In this document: positions 1 through 9,952 of the stretch, one piece after another
How positions within the stretch are numbered: position 1 is the stretch's first letter
Layout of the letters: each line of letters begins with the position of its first letter
Source: Octopus sinensis
Lineage: Eukaryota
DNA length: 16,138 nucleotides
Reading direction: 5' to 3'
NCBI RefSeq assembly: GCF_006345805.1
Contig: NW_021825322.1
Span: 1 to 16,138 of the forward strand
Translations under genes and position numbers: made by a program
Notes under the pieces: generated by a model
What the model was told of the DNA's origin: nothing
Database searches by the model: none
The model's input: only the letters and a program-made list of their open reading frames with translations

Positions 1-109
1 TTTTCCCTACAATTCTCTATTCCTTGATTTCAGAGATAGATGACGAGGAGGAGGGGGTGATGATTAGGATAACGATGAGGACAAAGCGTTAAAAGTAACT
101 GCAGTGACA

Positions 110-162
<53 letters not shown>
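110..162. repeat. (GAT)n microsatellite
   Basis: Pure tgatgatgat run, with degenerate GAT/GAC flanks from about 40 to 230. Confidence 0.95.
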
Positions 163-237
163 AAGAACGATAATGAACATTGAGATGACGATAACAATAT
201 GTTGATGACAATGATGACAAAAATGATAATGCCGCTA

Positions 238-612
238 CTTTCTTCTTCTTCTTCTTCTTTTCTTCTTCTTCTTCTTCTTCTTCTTCTCCTCCTCCTTCTT
301 CTTCTTCTTCTTCTCTCTTCTTCTTCTTCTTCTTCTTCTTCTCTCCTTTTCTTCTCCTTCTTCTTCTTCTCCTTCTTCTTCTTCTCCTTCTTCTTCTTTC
401 CCTTCTCCTTCTTCTTCTTCTCCTTCTTCTTCTTCTTCTTCTTCTTCTTCTCCTCCTCCTCCTCCTCCTCCTTCTTCTTCTTCCTCTTCTTCTTCTTCTC
501 CTCCTCTTCTTCTTCTTCTCCTCCTTCTTCTTCTTCTCCTTCTTCTTCTCCTTCTTTTTCTTCTTCTTCTTCTTCTTCTTCTTCTTCTTCTTCTTCTTCT
601 TCTTCTTCTCCT
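238..612. repeat. (TTC)n/(TCC)n compound microsatellite
   Basis: About 375 bp of ttc with tcc/ctc interruptions; it generates the poly-K/R/E and poly-S/L/F ORFs 89..643 and 199..639. Confidence 0.95.
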
Positions 613-683
613 TTTTACAATCAGTACTCACGCCATTAGCCACAAAGAATAATCTCTAATTCGAGCCTACTCTAAGCTGCTAA

Positions 684-730
684 GACCGCGAGTCCGTTTC
701 CCCCAACCGCTGGGCCATTGTGCCTCCACT
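684..730 (-). mobile_element. Head-only fragment of tRNA-derived SINE (same family as 7515-7900)
   Basis: Reverse complement gtggaggcacaatggcccagcggttgggggaaacggactcgcggtc matches the head gtggaggcgcaatggcccagtggttagggcagcggactcgcggtc at 7320-7364; similarity stops before the B box. Confidence 0.8.
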
Positions 731-1025
731 GCCGCTGTTTTTGCTGCCGTAGCAGATGGTGGCAGTGTCACTGACGATGGTGGTAATAATGGCAACCATA
801 ATGATGACAAATGATATTGGTGAAGGTGACACTGTTTCCTTATTTATTCAAAGACTTTCTACCAACACCATGCCGGTATTTATGTCTCCCTCTTTACCTC
901 CATCTCCTCCTGTTTTTTTCCTTCTACTATCACCACCACCCCTTCCACATCATTGGCTGCCTTTCCCCGCCATTTACCATTCTGTCTTTCTTTCTATTTA
1001 CCATAACACTCTTTCCACAACCTTT

Positions 1026-1030
1026 CATCG

Positions 1031-1094
<64 letters not shown>

Positions 1095-1105
1095 CCTCAT
1101 CATCG

Positions 1106-1138
<33 letters not shown>

Positions 1139-1143
1139 CCATT

Positions 1144-1180
<37 letters not shown>

Positions 1181-1225
1181 CACCATTATCATCATTATCA
1201 TCCTCATCATCATCACCATCATCAC

Positions 1226-1262
<37 letters not shown>

Positions 1263-1359
1263 GTCATCATTATCATCGTCATCACCATCATCATCACCAT
1301 CATCGTCATCATCATCATCATCATCAGTAGCAGCATCATCATCATCATCATCATCGTCG

Positions 1360-1414
<55 letters not shown>

Positions 1415-1553
1415 CCTCATCATCATCATCATCGTCATCATCATCATCGTCATCACCATCATCATCATCATCGTCGTCATCATCATCATCATCATCAGTA
1501 GCAGCATCATCATCATCATCATCATCGTCATCATCATCATCATCATCATCATC

Positions 1554-1603
<50 letters not shown>

Positions 1604-1606
1604 CAT
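1026..1606. repeat. (CAT)n microsatellite with internal higher-order duplication
   Basis: About 580 bp of cat with cac/cgt/cct variants; marker gtagcagca at 1327 and 1498. It generates the poly-H/I/S/D/M ORFs. Confidence 0.95.
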
Positions 1607-2345
1607 TCACGTTCCGTTTCCTTCATTCATCATTTTCCTACTTCTTGGTTTTTCCTGTTGTCTTACAGAATGGAATTTAATCACATTAGGCTGTTCTCAC
1701 CCCAAGAAATTCTAGTCCATAACCCCCTTCTATCCTCGTCTTCTATCTTAGATTAGTTTTTAAAAAAAACAACAACAAATAAATCAAAACAAGAAACACC
1801 AAATTAAAACCGGTCTTCGATCTGTGCCAGAAACACACATTTTCTTTATTGACTTCAAAATATCTGAACAACGTGAAAAGGCAATTCTTCGACATCCTTC
1901 TTTAAATCTGGAATGAAATGAAGAATAATTATTAGATCACTTTCCTTTTCTTTTACTATTTTTTTTTCTCTCCTCCTCAATTCAACATTTCTGTCGTCAT
2001 TTATTCTTCGATTTGTTTGGATAGAATTGGTTTCAAATTGATGAGATAGCGAAAAGAACAAGGAATCTGATGAGATAAAAACGCACAAAATGGAAAAAAT
2101 AAAATGTAAAAGAGAAAATATATGTAAAAAAAAAATAATTACACGAACATTTTAACGAAGAATTCACTGTCTGTAAATGCTGCTTCTTATTCACGAAATA
2201 ATCTGTTTATCGTTTAAGAAATTCCTTTTCAACTCCACTCAGTCCTACCGTATATATTTACATTTATTAATATACAATATTTGCTAATATAATAATTTCT
2301 TTGTTAACACAATATTACTTCATTATATTTTATTTTATTTCTGAC

Positions 2346-2588
2346 ATGAATACTAGTGCAATATTCATTAATATCATATGCAGCGCAACACGATATTATA
2401 TTACTACACAGCAGAAGACAAGAGAATAGAATGTATGACAAAGGAAACGAAGAACTGCTGTGAAATTGTAAAAGAGATTCCATTACAATAGAATACCTGA
2501 CAGCTTGATGCACGGCTTTACAATAGAATGCAATCCAGCCGAAACCAAATATATCGAATACAACAAGTGCAGCGAAGAATAGAAGCAT
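2346..2588 (-). CDS. Candidate first coding exon of a membrane protein (weakly tetraspanin-like)
   Basis: Non-repetitive ORF MLLFFAALVVFDIFGFGWIAFY...YILFSCLLLCSNIISCCAAYDINEYCTSIH with two hydrophobic segments. Possible acceptor tttatttattgttcag ending at 2645 upstream of the ATG, and possible phase-0 donor CAT|gtcaga at 2345. No downstream TM3/TM4 exon was found. Confidence 0.28.
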
Positions 2589-3255
2589 GGATTATCTTAC
2601 TAAAATGCCAGGGAATTATCTTATTGTATTATGTACTATGAACGCTGAACAATAAATAAATAAATGCTTTTCAAGGTGAGGTCTTCCTATCAGTTTTTCT
2701 GAGCACTTTTAATAATGAAATGAAAGTGAATACACGTATTGCACCCGCAACAGGTGGCTACCCTTTTAACGTAAATATACGGAGACTGACGAAACATACT
2801 TCACCTCGGCAGTGCAAGAGAAATTGAAGATTCCTCGTTAAGTGGTTTGCTTCAGTATTGAATCAGTAACATTTTTTGCTGTAATGTGTAAAATATTTAG
2901 CCTGAAATAGAGACGAAGCAATTATTTTGGCAATGAAGCGCCAATCGAAGTCGTTCGATCTCATTGAAAGAACCCCACGAAATATCTGTTTTGATCTAGT
3001 TTTCTACTTAATGAAATGGGAGCTATATTAGTTTATTTCGTTCAATATCATTGCTTTATCAGTAGTGTTGGCCACCTGCTTATTCTCCTCCTCTCCATGA
3101 TATTTGTACATGTCATGATGGAGGAGAACAAGCAAATACATTTCATAACAAGTCTGGCATTTTAGAGTTCAGAGTCTAAGACATCTTTTATATTACTACA
3201 GCAGGTTCTGTCCATGAAATTCCAGCCAGTTGTAGAGGCACCACGACTACATGCA

Positions 3256-3312
3256 ACTGCTGCTGCTGTGGCTGCTCCTGTTGTTTGTTGTTGTTGTTGT
3301 TGTGTTGTTGTT
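3256..3312. repeat. (CTG)n/(TTG)n low-complexity tract
   Basis: actgctgctgctgtggctgct followed by ttgttgttg runs. Confidence 0.85.
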
Positions 3313-3504
3313 AAGCAACAAGACGGGTAAGGGTGATTAGGTGATGGTCTAGGGCTTAGGGGCGGGAGAACCCCAGACCTTGGAAAAAAAAAAAAACTTT
3401 GGTCGTCTTGTTGTAGTCGAGGACTCTTCGTTGACGAAGGCTCTTCGTTGCGAGATGGCCCTCGAGGTCGCTGGAAATGGAGATCTCCAGGTCCAAATTC
3501 TTGA

Positions 3505-3953
<449 letters not shown>

Positions 3954-4258
3954 TACAACAGATGTTTTTGGATAAGAGTAAAAGAAGGCAAGTGGGTGTT
4001 GAGTAGAAACATATCGGGTGGAGTGAAACTTGAGTGTAAGTGTGAGTGTGTGTATAAATATGCGCGTTTGTGTTTATGTGCGCGCGTAATAAGAGAACGG
4101 CGTGGTTTGTATTTTTTCTAATAATGTTCCAATCGCAATTATTTCACAATAACAGACAGATTTAGAAATTTTGAGTCGATTTGTAGAAATTATTCGGTTG
4201 CCAGAAAGTAGATGGACAGAAGTGTAGTCACATACACATCCCAAAACACAAGCATGCA

Positions 4259-4518
4259 TACACAGACACAGACACAGACAGACAGACAGACAGACAGACG
4301 GACAGACAGACAGACAGACACACACACACACACAACACACATGGATATATACATCTGTATATGTGCATATGTGTATTTACATATATACACACAATGTGTA
4401 TGTGTGTATGTGAGAGAGAGAGAGACAGTGAAAGAAAAAAAGAAAGAAGGAAAGAAAGAAAGAAAGAAAGAAAGTAAGAAAAAAGAAAGAAAAAAAGAAA
4501 GAAAGAAGGAAGGAAGGA

Positions 4519-4570
<52 letters not shown>

Positions 4571-4572
4571 AA
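4259..4572. repeat. (CAGA)n, (CA)n, (GA)n and (AAAG)n microsatellite cluster
   Basis: cagacagacaga at 4270-4320, cacaca to 4340, gagaga near 4412-4425 and an aaag array at 4430-4572. Confidence 0.95.
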
Positions 4573-5024
4573 TAGTTAGAGAGGGAGGAAGGCAGAATGT
4601 TGCCTGGTCAAGATGTAGAAAGTAGGTTATAGGAAGCGGATATGTTGCTGATCGATCGATCGATAAACGGAAAGTGAGTCCAGAGCAAACATAATTTTTC
4701 CCATTAAAAATCATATCAAGAACAATATTTACCTTGTAAATATTAAATATGAAATGTCTGTTAAGAAATGAAATGTCGAAGTAATTTCGTTGTTTTGTGG
4801 TTCTGTTTCATATCAAGAGGAAGTTAAGAGATCATTGCTTTAAATTCTGACACCTTTCCCAGGTTACTTGGTTCTTATTTGCAAAATATGGCTAAGCGAG
4901 GTGGAATTCCTCGCATGATTTTTGTTTCGAAAACACTACGTGTCACCTTGATTAGGAATTCTCTTACATGGGTCTTGTGCTGACCACCATAGACTTATGA
5001 GAGAAAATTGGAGGATAGAAACCG

Positions 5025-5440
5025 ATTTCTTTACTACCCACAAGGGGCTAAACACAGAGGGGACAAACAAGGACAGACAAAGGGATTAAGTCGATTACAT
5101 CGACCCCTGTGTGTAACTGGTACTTAATTTATCGACCCCGAAACGATGAAAGGCAAAGTCGACCTCGGCGGAATTTGAACTCAGAACGTAACGCAGACGA
5201 AATACCTATTTCTTTATTACCCACAAGGGGCTAAACACAGAGGGGACAAACAAGGACAGACATAGGTATTAAGTCGATTACATCGACCCCTGTGCGTAAC
5301 TGGTACTTAATTTATCGACCCCGAAAGGATGAAAGGCAAAGTCGACCTCGGCGGAATTTGAACTCAGAACGTAACGCAGACGAAATGCCGCTAAGCATTT
5401 CGCCCGGCGTGCTAACGTTTCTGCCAGCTCGCCACCTTAC
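5025..5440 (-). mobile_element. Dimeric tRNA-derived SINE (family B): full unit 5440-5207 plus 5'-truncated unit 5206-5025, within a 17-bp TSD
   Basis: On the minus strand the head has A-box-like tggcagaaacgttag and B-box-like gagttcaaattcc. The central segment ccgaggtcgactttgcctttcatcctttcggggtcgataaattaagtacc resembles, from memory, the MetaSINE central domain. Identical ttggaggatagaaaccg flanks it at 5008-5024 and 5441-5457. Confidence 0.92.
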
Positions 5441-6203
5441 TTGGAGGATAGAAACCGCACGGAGACCGACGAAATGGACTGTTCACTTTTTGAGAGGTTG
5501 GAGGCTTATTCCTTTCACCATCGTTCTGTTTGGCGTCTCCATTTGATCTTTGGCACCGTTAGAGTTCTTTCTGTTGTTAGCATTCATTCCAGTTCTTCGA
5601 TTATGGGTTAGGTTAGATTTTCTGTCTTCTAACAGCCACGAAGTCTTTCAAAAATATCAACAGAGTTACTTTTCCTTCTGTCTTAGATAAAACAAATAAA
5701 CCCCCCCCCACACACACACACACACATACACCAAGAAACGTAAACGGAAGAAGATAAACGATTCGCTCTTCATACACCGTAATAAGATGCACTGTTCAAA
5801 TACAGAATAAACATTCTACACTGATCGTATAATCAATAAAAAGATCTTCTGCTTCTACGCGTTGTAAGAAGATGTAATTCTTACAGACGCTATGAAAAAG
5901 ATATCTACTTCGCATGCGCATAGTAAATCAATGTCCGATTCATATATAAGCTAAAATCCCTCACTAAAGTAACCAGCAAAGGATCTACTACACAACGCTT
6001 CGACCTGCCAGAAACAACAGTCATATATCCCTCGTAGTATAACATACAAAAAAATGGCGAAGTGTAGGGTAGATGAGCCTTTCTGAAACCCCTTTGGTCT
6101 TTGGGGGTGAGGGCAAACAACACCTGAAGTTTATTTGAATGTAAGAGAAGGGAAGTGATATTGCTGTACTTGATATCTCTGTAAAGTTTACATAAACGAT
6201 AGC

Positions 6204-6268
6204 GTGATGGTGGTGTTGGTGGTGGTGGTGATGGTGGTGGTGATGGTGGTGGTAGTGGTGGGTGATGG
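6204..6268. repeat. (GGT)n microsatellite
   Basis: gtgatggtggtgttggtggtggtgg run; generates the poly-His part of ORF 6021..6272. Confidence 0.9.
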
Positions 6269-6375
6269 ACATAGGGACAGTGGTAATAGTGGTTAAGGCA
6301 GTGGTGTTAGTGAGTGGTGCTATTGATTTCTCTTTCGGTCATTGTTGAGAGAACTTAGTTGTTTGACAACCTGAA

Positions 6376-6426
6376 ATCCAACTCGTGAATACAGTGTGAC
6401 AAAGCCGGACTTTCGTCTTAAAGGTA
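6376..6426 (-). mobile_element. Highly decayed fragment of family C SINE 3' half
   Basis: atccaactcgtgaatacagtgtgacaaagccggactttcgtcttaaaggta aligns loosely to attcagcgtgacacagagagtgacaaggccggccctttgaaatacaggta in the 9305-9689 copy. Confidence 0.45.
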
Positions 6427-6647
6427 TATTCGAGAGAGAGAGAGAGAGAGGGGGACGGAGAGTGAGGTATAGAGGGAGAGAGAGGGAGGATTAGGTGGGT
6501 ATTGACTTCAACACTGGTACTTTATCGAATCTGTAGAAATGAAAATATTTGCCTCGCTTAAAACCTAATTTCTTCGATTAGTTATGACCCAATGGTTGTG
6601 ATAGAAAATAGTGAAATAATATTTTAACGAGGCTTTCACTTTTACAG

Positions 6648-6963
6648 TTGTTTGTTTCGTGACTTTGGCGCTCCTTCTTTCGTATTATCTGGCACCTCCT
6701 CTCTTTTTCCCACTGGCATTATGAATATTTACGAAAGATTATCTTCCATTGCATATAATTTACAGAGAATTCATTTAGAAATTGTGAATAATGAGCATAG
6801 AGAAGTGCTGAAGAAAATCGGAAGGATGTTTTCGCTTAAAATATTCTATAGGGGTGTTGCCATGCAATGTGTAAATGAAAATGAAAGCCTGGGGAATGTT
6901 GATAGTGATCCCATTTCAAAGATTTCTATTCGAAGGAATACATTGCTTGAAAACAACCAATAG
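6648..6963 (+). CDS. Candidate coding exon or pseudogene fragment, product uncertain
   Basis: About 105 codons of non-repetitive open frame (CLFRDFGAPSFVLSGTSSLFPTGIMNIYERLSSIAYNLQRIHL...) start directly after the acceptor-like ctttcacttttacag (AG at 6646-6647). It shows weak by-eye resemblance to UDP-glycosyltransferase spacing (M-x-x-x-ERL ... CVN-x-x-x-SL) or to LRR units. Confidence 0.25.
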
Positions 6964-7318
6964 AAATTGGAAGCAATCATTTAGATATTCTGCACATATT
7001 CTGCACTTTCTACGAGTTTATGTACTCGCTTCCTTTTATTCTATTTGGTCAATTCTGAAATGCTTGGTAAATAATGTGAAGTAGCTTTTTTTTATTTCGT
7101 TGCAATGTAGAAATTAAGGACTATCAAGCTATGTGGTTCTTTGGAGAGTCAACTACAGGAAGTGTGAATGCTAAAGAAGGCGGCTGCTATTTACATTCAT
7201 TTTTTTTTTAAACTGCAGCTATATGAGATTTATTAACGTTGCAGTGGTTGATGCCATTGACGTTGCCTTTGATGGCTTTATGTCGGTTCTTTCTTCTGGA
7301 TAGCAAGTTACATGCCAC

Positions 7319-7489
7319 GGTGGAGGCGCAATGGCCCAGTGGTTAGGGCAGCGGACTCGCGGTCGGAGGATCGCGGTTTCGATTCCCAGACCGGGCATTG
7401 TGAGTGTTTATTGAGCGAAAACACCTAAAGTTCCACGAGGCTCCGGCAGTGGGTGGTGGTGAACCCTGCTGTACTCTTTCACCACAACT
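7319..7489 (+). mobile_element. Duplicated 5' half of the adjacent family C SINE
   Basis: Part of a 196-bp tandem duplication (7294-7489 / 7490-7685) that also copies the 5' flank and the left TSD. Confidence 0.93.
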
Positions 7490-7514
7490 TTCTGGATAGC
7501 AAGTTACATGCCAC

Positions 7515-7900
7515 GGTGGAGTCGCAATGGCCCAGTGGTTAGGGCAGCGGACTCGCGGTCGGAGGATCGCGGTTTCGATTCCCAGACCGGGCATTGTGAA
7601 TGTTTATTGAGCGAAAACACCTAAAGCTCCACGAGGCTGCGGCAGGGGGTGGTGGTGAACTCTGCTGTACTCTTTCACCACAACTTTCTCTCGCTCTTTC
7701 TTCCTGTTTCTCTTGTACCTGTATTTCAAAGGGCCAGCCTTGTCACACTCTGTGTCACGCTGAATCTCCTCGTGAACTACGTTAAGGGTACACGTGTCTG
7801 TGGAGTGCTCAGCTACTTGCACGTTAATATCACGAGCAAGCTGTTCCGTTGATCGTATCAGCTGGGACCCTCATCGTCGCAACCGACGGAGTGCTCCTAC
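7515..7900 (+). mobile_element. Full-length tRNA-derived SINE (family C), 10-bp TSD
   Basis: A box tggcccagtggttag, B-box-like ggtttcgattccc, and a ~385-bp body shared with 9305-9689. TSD tacatgccac lies at 7505-7514 and 7901-7910. Confidence 0.93.
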
Positions 7901-8068
7901 TACATGCCACAACCTTGGCTATCCTGGACTTCTTTTATGTTACTTGCTTTGTCTACTTAATAGGCTTTCTGCATAAAACACAAGTCTATGTCACAAACAA
8001 TATGTCCTTCGCATGTGATTGATACTTTCGTCTCCTTTTCGGCAAATTCTACATTTGCTGTCTGAGAA

Positions 8069-8224
8069 GGCAAACCGTTTGCTAACACTTGACAAGGACA
8101 TTTACTTTGGATATATCATCAAAACATTATACATACTCTCTAAACAGCTGTTCGTGACTATGCATCCCGTTTTGTTACATATCTAAATTAAATGTCCCTC
8201 TCAAGTCTTGCCAAATGGTTTGCC
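8069..8224. repeat. Imperfect ~156-bp palindrome (MITE-like or hairpin element)
   Basis: 8069-8103 ggcaaaccgtttgctaacacttgacaaggacattt matches the reverse complement of 8190-8224 (ggcaaaccatttggcaagacttgagagggacattt) at 29/35. Weaker symmetry continues inward to a cagctg centre at 8145-8150. Confidence 0.75.
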
Positions 8225-8404
8225 GGTTTATTTCTGGTTTTATATTTACATCTTTGCTCCAGAGAAATCCTCTCCTAGCCACTTCATAAAGACTGTCTCA
8301 ACATCACATGTTCAACTGTAGTTCAATACGAATTTGAGCACTCAGCGTAAATATCCATTAGTAGGAGTAACCTGACTCATGCACACATACAAAGAGAGAC
8401 ATAA

Positions 8405-8428
8405 AGATAGAGAGATAGATAAATAGAT

Positions 8429-8494
<66 letters not shown>
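8405..8494. repeat. (AGAT)n microsatellite
   Basis: tagatagataga run; generates the YLSI repeats of ORF 8358..8633. Confidence 0.95.
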
Positions 8495-9304
8495 CAGACA
8501 TGCATTTCCGTTCGCATGTATATACGTATATCTGTTTTTGTGTGCTTGTTATTGTATGTAACTGTAATATATTTAACTTACCGTTATTAATGTGACAACT
8601 AAAACCTCTTATGCCAAATATCTTCCATACCATTTGATTGCGCGGTTAATTTGCCGTTTTAGAATTGATTCTAGCAAATGTGATTATGCTAAAATTGTTT
8701 AAGGTTTTCGAACTGCTTCTAGAATTGATAAATTTCGAAATCCGTCGAGGTTGCTTCCCATGTGGTGTTTAAATGCTTCCACTTTGGAACACAGTAATGC
8801 TTCCCTCTGAAGCCATTAATCTACAGAGCTGTTGTCAAGTTTCTGCGAATGACAGCTTAAAGCAGTACAATCAAACGTTGTTGGAATCACACTGTGTAGT
8901 GTCAGCGTCCTATTATGGAACAAAGTGACAAGATAGTGAGAACAGAATGCAATGCAATGTGTATTATTAGATTTCACGATTAGAGCCTACTGAAGGCACA
9001 GCGGAATGTTTATAGGAAGTTTTGGTCGAATATACGTCATCAAGATTTCTCTAGAAATATACTGAGACGCATGCATGCAAGTGCACGAAAACATACACAC
9101 TCGTAAACACACACGCACACACATATGTGTGCATATATGAAGATACTCCACAACCCATTTCCATGCACGTGGCTCTCTCTCTAGTTCTCTCTCTCTCTCG
9201 TTATCGCGATATATTATATTTTATACACAGACACACACACAGACACAATCACACACGACCGCACCCACATACATATGCCTATGTATATACATACGTGTAT
9301 ATAT

Positions 9305-9689
9305 GGGAAGCACTCTGTCGGTTACGACGATGAGGGTTCCGGTTGATCCGAATCAACGGAACAGCCTGCTCGTGAAATTAACGTGTAAGTGGCTGAGCAC
9401 TCCACAGACACGTGTACCCTTAACGTAGTTCTCGGGAATATTCAGCGTGACACAGAGAGTGACAAGGCCGGCCCTTTGAAATACAGGTACAACAGAAACA
9501 GGAAGTAAGAGTGAGAGAAAGTTTTGGTGAAAGAGTACAGCAGGGATCACCACCATCCCTTGCCGGAGCCTCGTGGAGCTTTAGGTGTTTTCGCTCAATA
9601 AACACTCACAACGCCCGGTCTGGGAATCGAAACCGCGATATTATGACCGCGAGTCCGCTGCCCTAACCACTGGGCCATTGCGCTTCCAC
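9305..9689 (-). mobile_element. Full-length tRNA-derived SINE (family C), 12-bp TSD
   Basis: Its reverse complement is about 90% identical (hand count) to 7516-7898. TSD acgtgtatatat lies at 9293-9304 and 9690-9701. Confidence 0.93.
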
Positions 9690-9819
9690 ACGTGTATATA
9701 TAATATATATATGTATTTATACACATTTACACACACACATATATGTGCATCATACGCACACACACATCGTCCTGTCCTTTGATATGAAACTTCAATTTAA
9801 TACCGTTTTTACTACTTAC

Positions 9820-9952
9820 AATGTCGATTGAGGAAAGCAGATTATTGATGCCAATTCTAAGTAAACCTGACAAATTCAGAAACATACGACATCCAACGGA
9901 ACTATTGAAGAACATTACCAATCCATACGTGAAGTTTGAAGAATCTGACATT
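9820..9952 (-). CDS. Candidate 133-nt exon, product unknown
   Basis: Acceptor cattttgcag (AG 9954-9953) and donor ATT|gtaagt (9819), with an open frame MSDSSNFTYGLVMFFNSSVGCRMFLNLSGLLRIGINNLLSSIDI between them. No homology was recognised. Confidence 0.2.

Noticed and set aside
89-1715. Long ORFs rich in poly-K/R/S/H/I/D/M
   Set aside because: They are stop-free translations of (TTC)n and (CAT)n arrays, open in several frames and on both strands.
2067-2100. ctgatgag resembling a hammerhead core
   Set aside because: No stem II or correctly placed GAAA/NUH follows.
4711-4818. 11-bp direct repeat tcatatcaaga at 4711 and 4808 as a possible TSD
   Set aside because: The enclosed ~86 bp has no recognisable element ends, and an AT-rich 11-mer match can arise by chance.
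5292-5546. ORF 5292..5546 and ORFs 7343-7976 and 9353-9605
   Set aside because: They lie within SINE sequence; their mutual similarity only reflects the repeat family.
4860-5600. Coding frame reconstructed by removing the SINE dimer
   Set aside because: The best joined frame (minus) is only about 50 codons between stops, with no recognisable motif.
5911-5920. cgcatgcgca, similar to an NRF1 binding site
   Set aside because: It is a single short motif with no supporting CpG island or TSS evidence.
7294-7685. Tandem repeats as a CRISPR array, and SINE heads as tRNA genes
   Set aside because: There are two 196-bp units with no spacers in eukaryotic DNA. The heads have A/B boxes but run into SINE bodies with TSDs and lack a full cloverleaf.
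8582-8633. MVWKIFGIRGFSCHINNG followed by a GTAAGT donor (minus)
   Set aside because: There is an in-frame stop five codons upstream, no acceptor and no homology; a chance donor match is likely.
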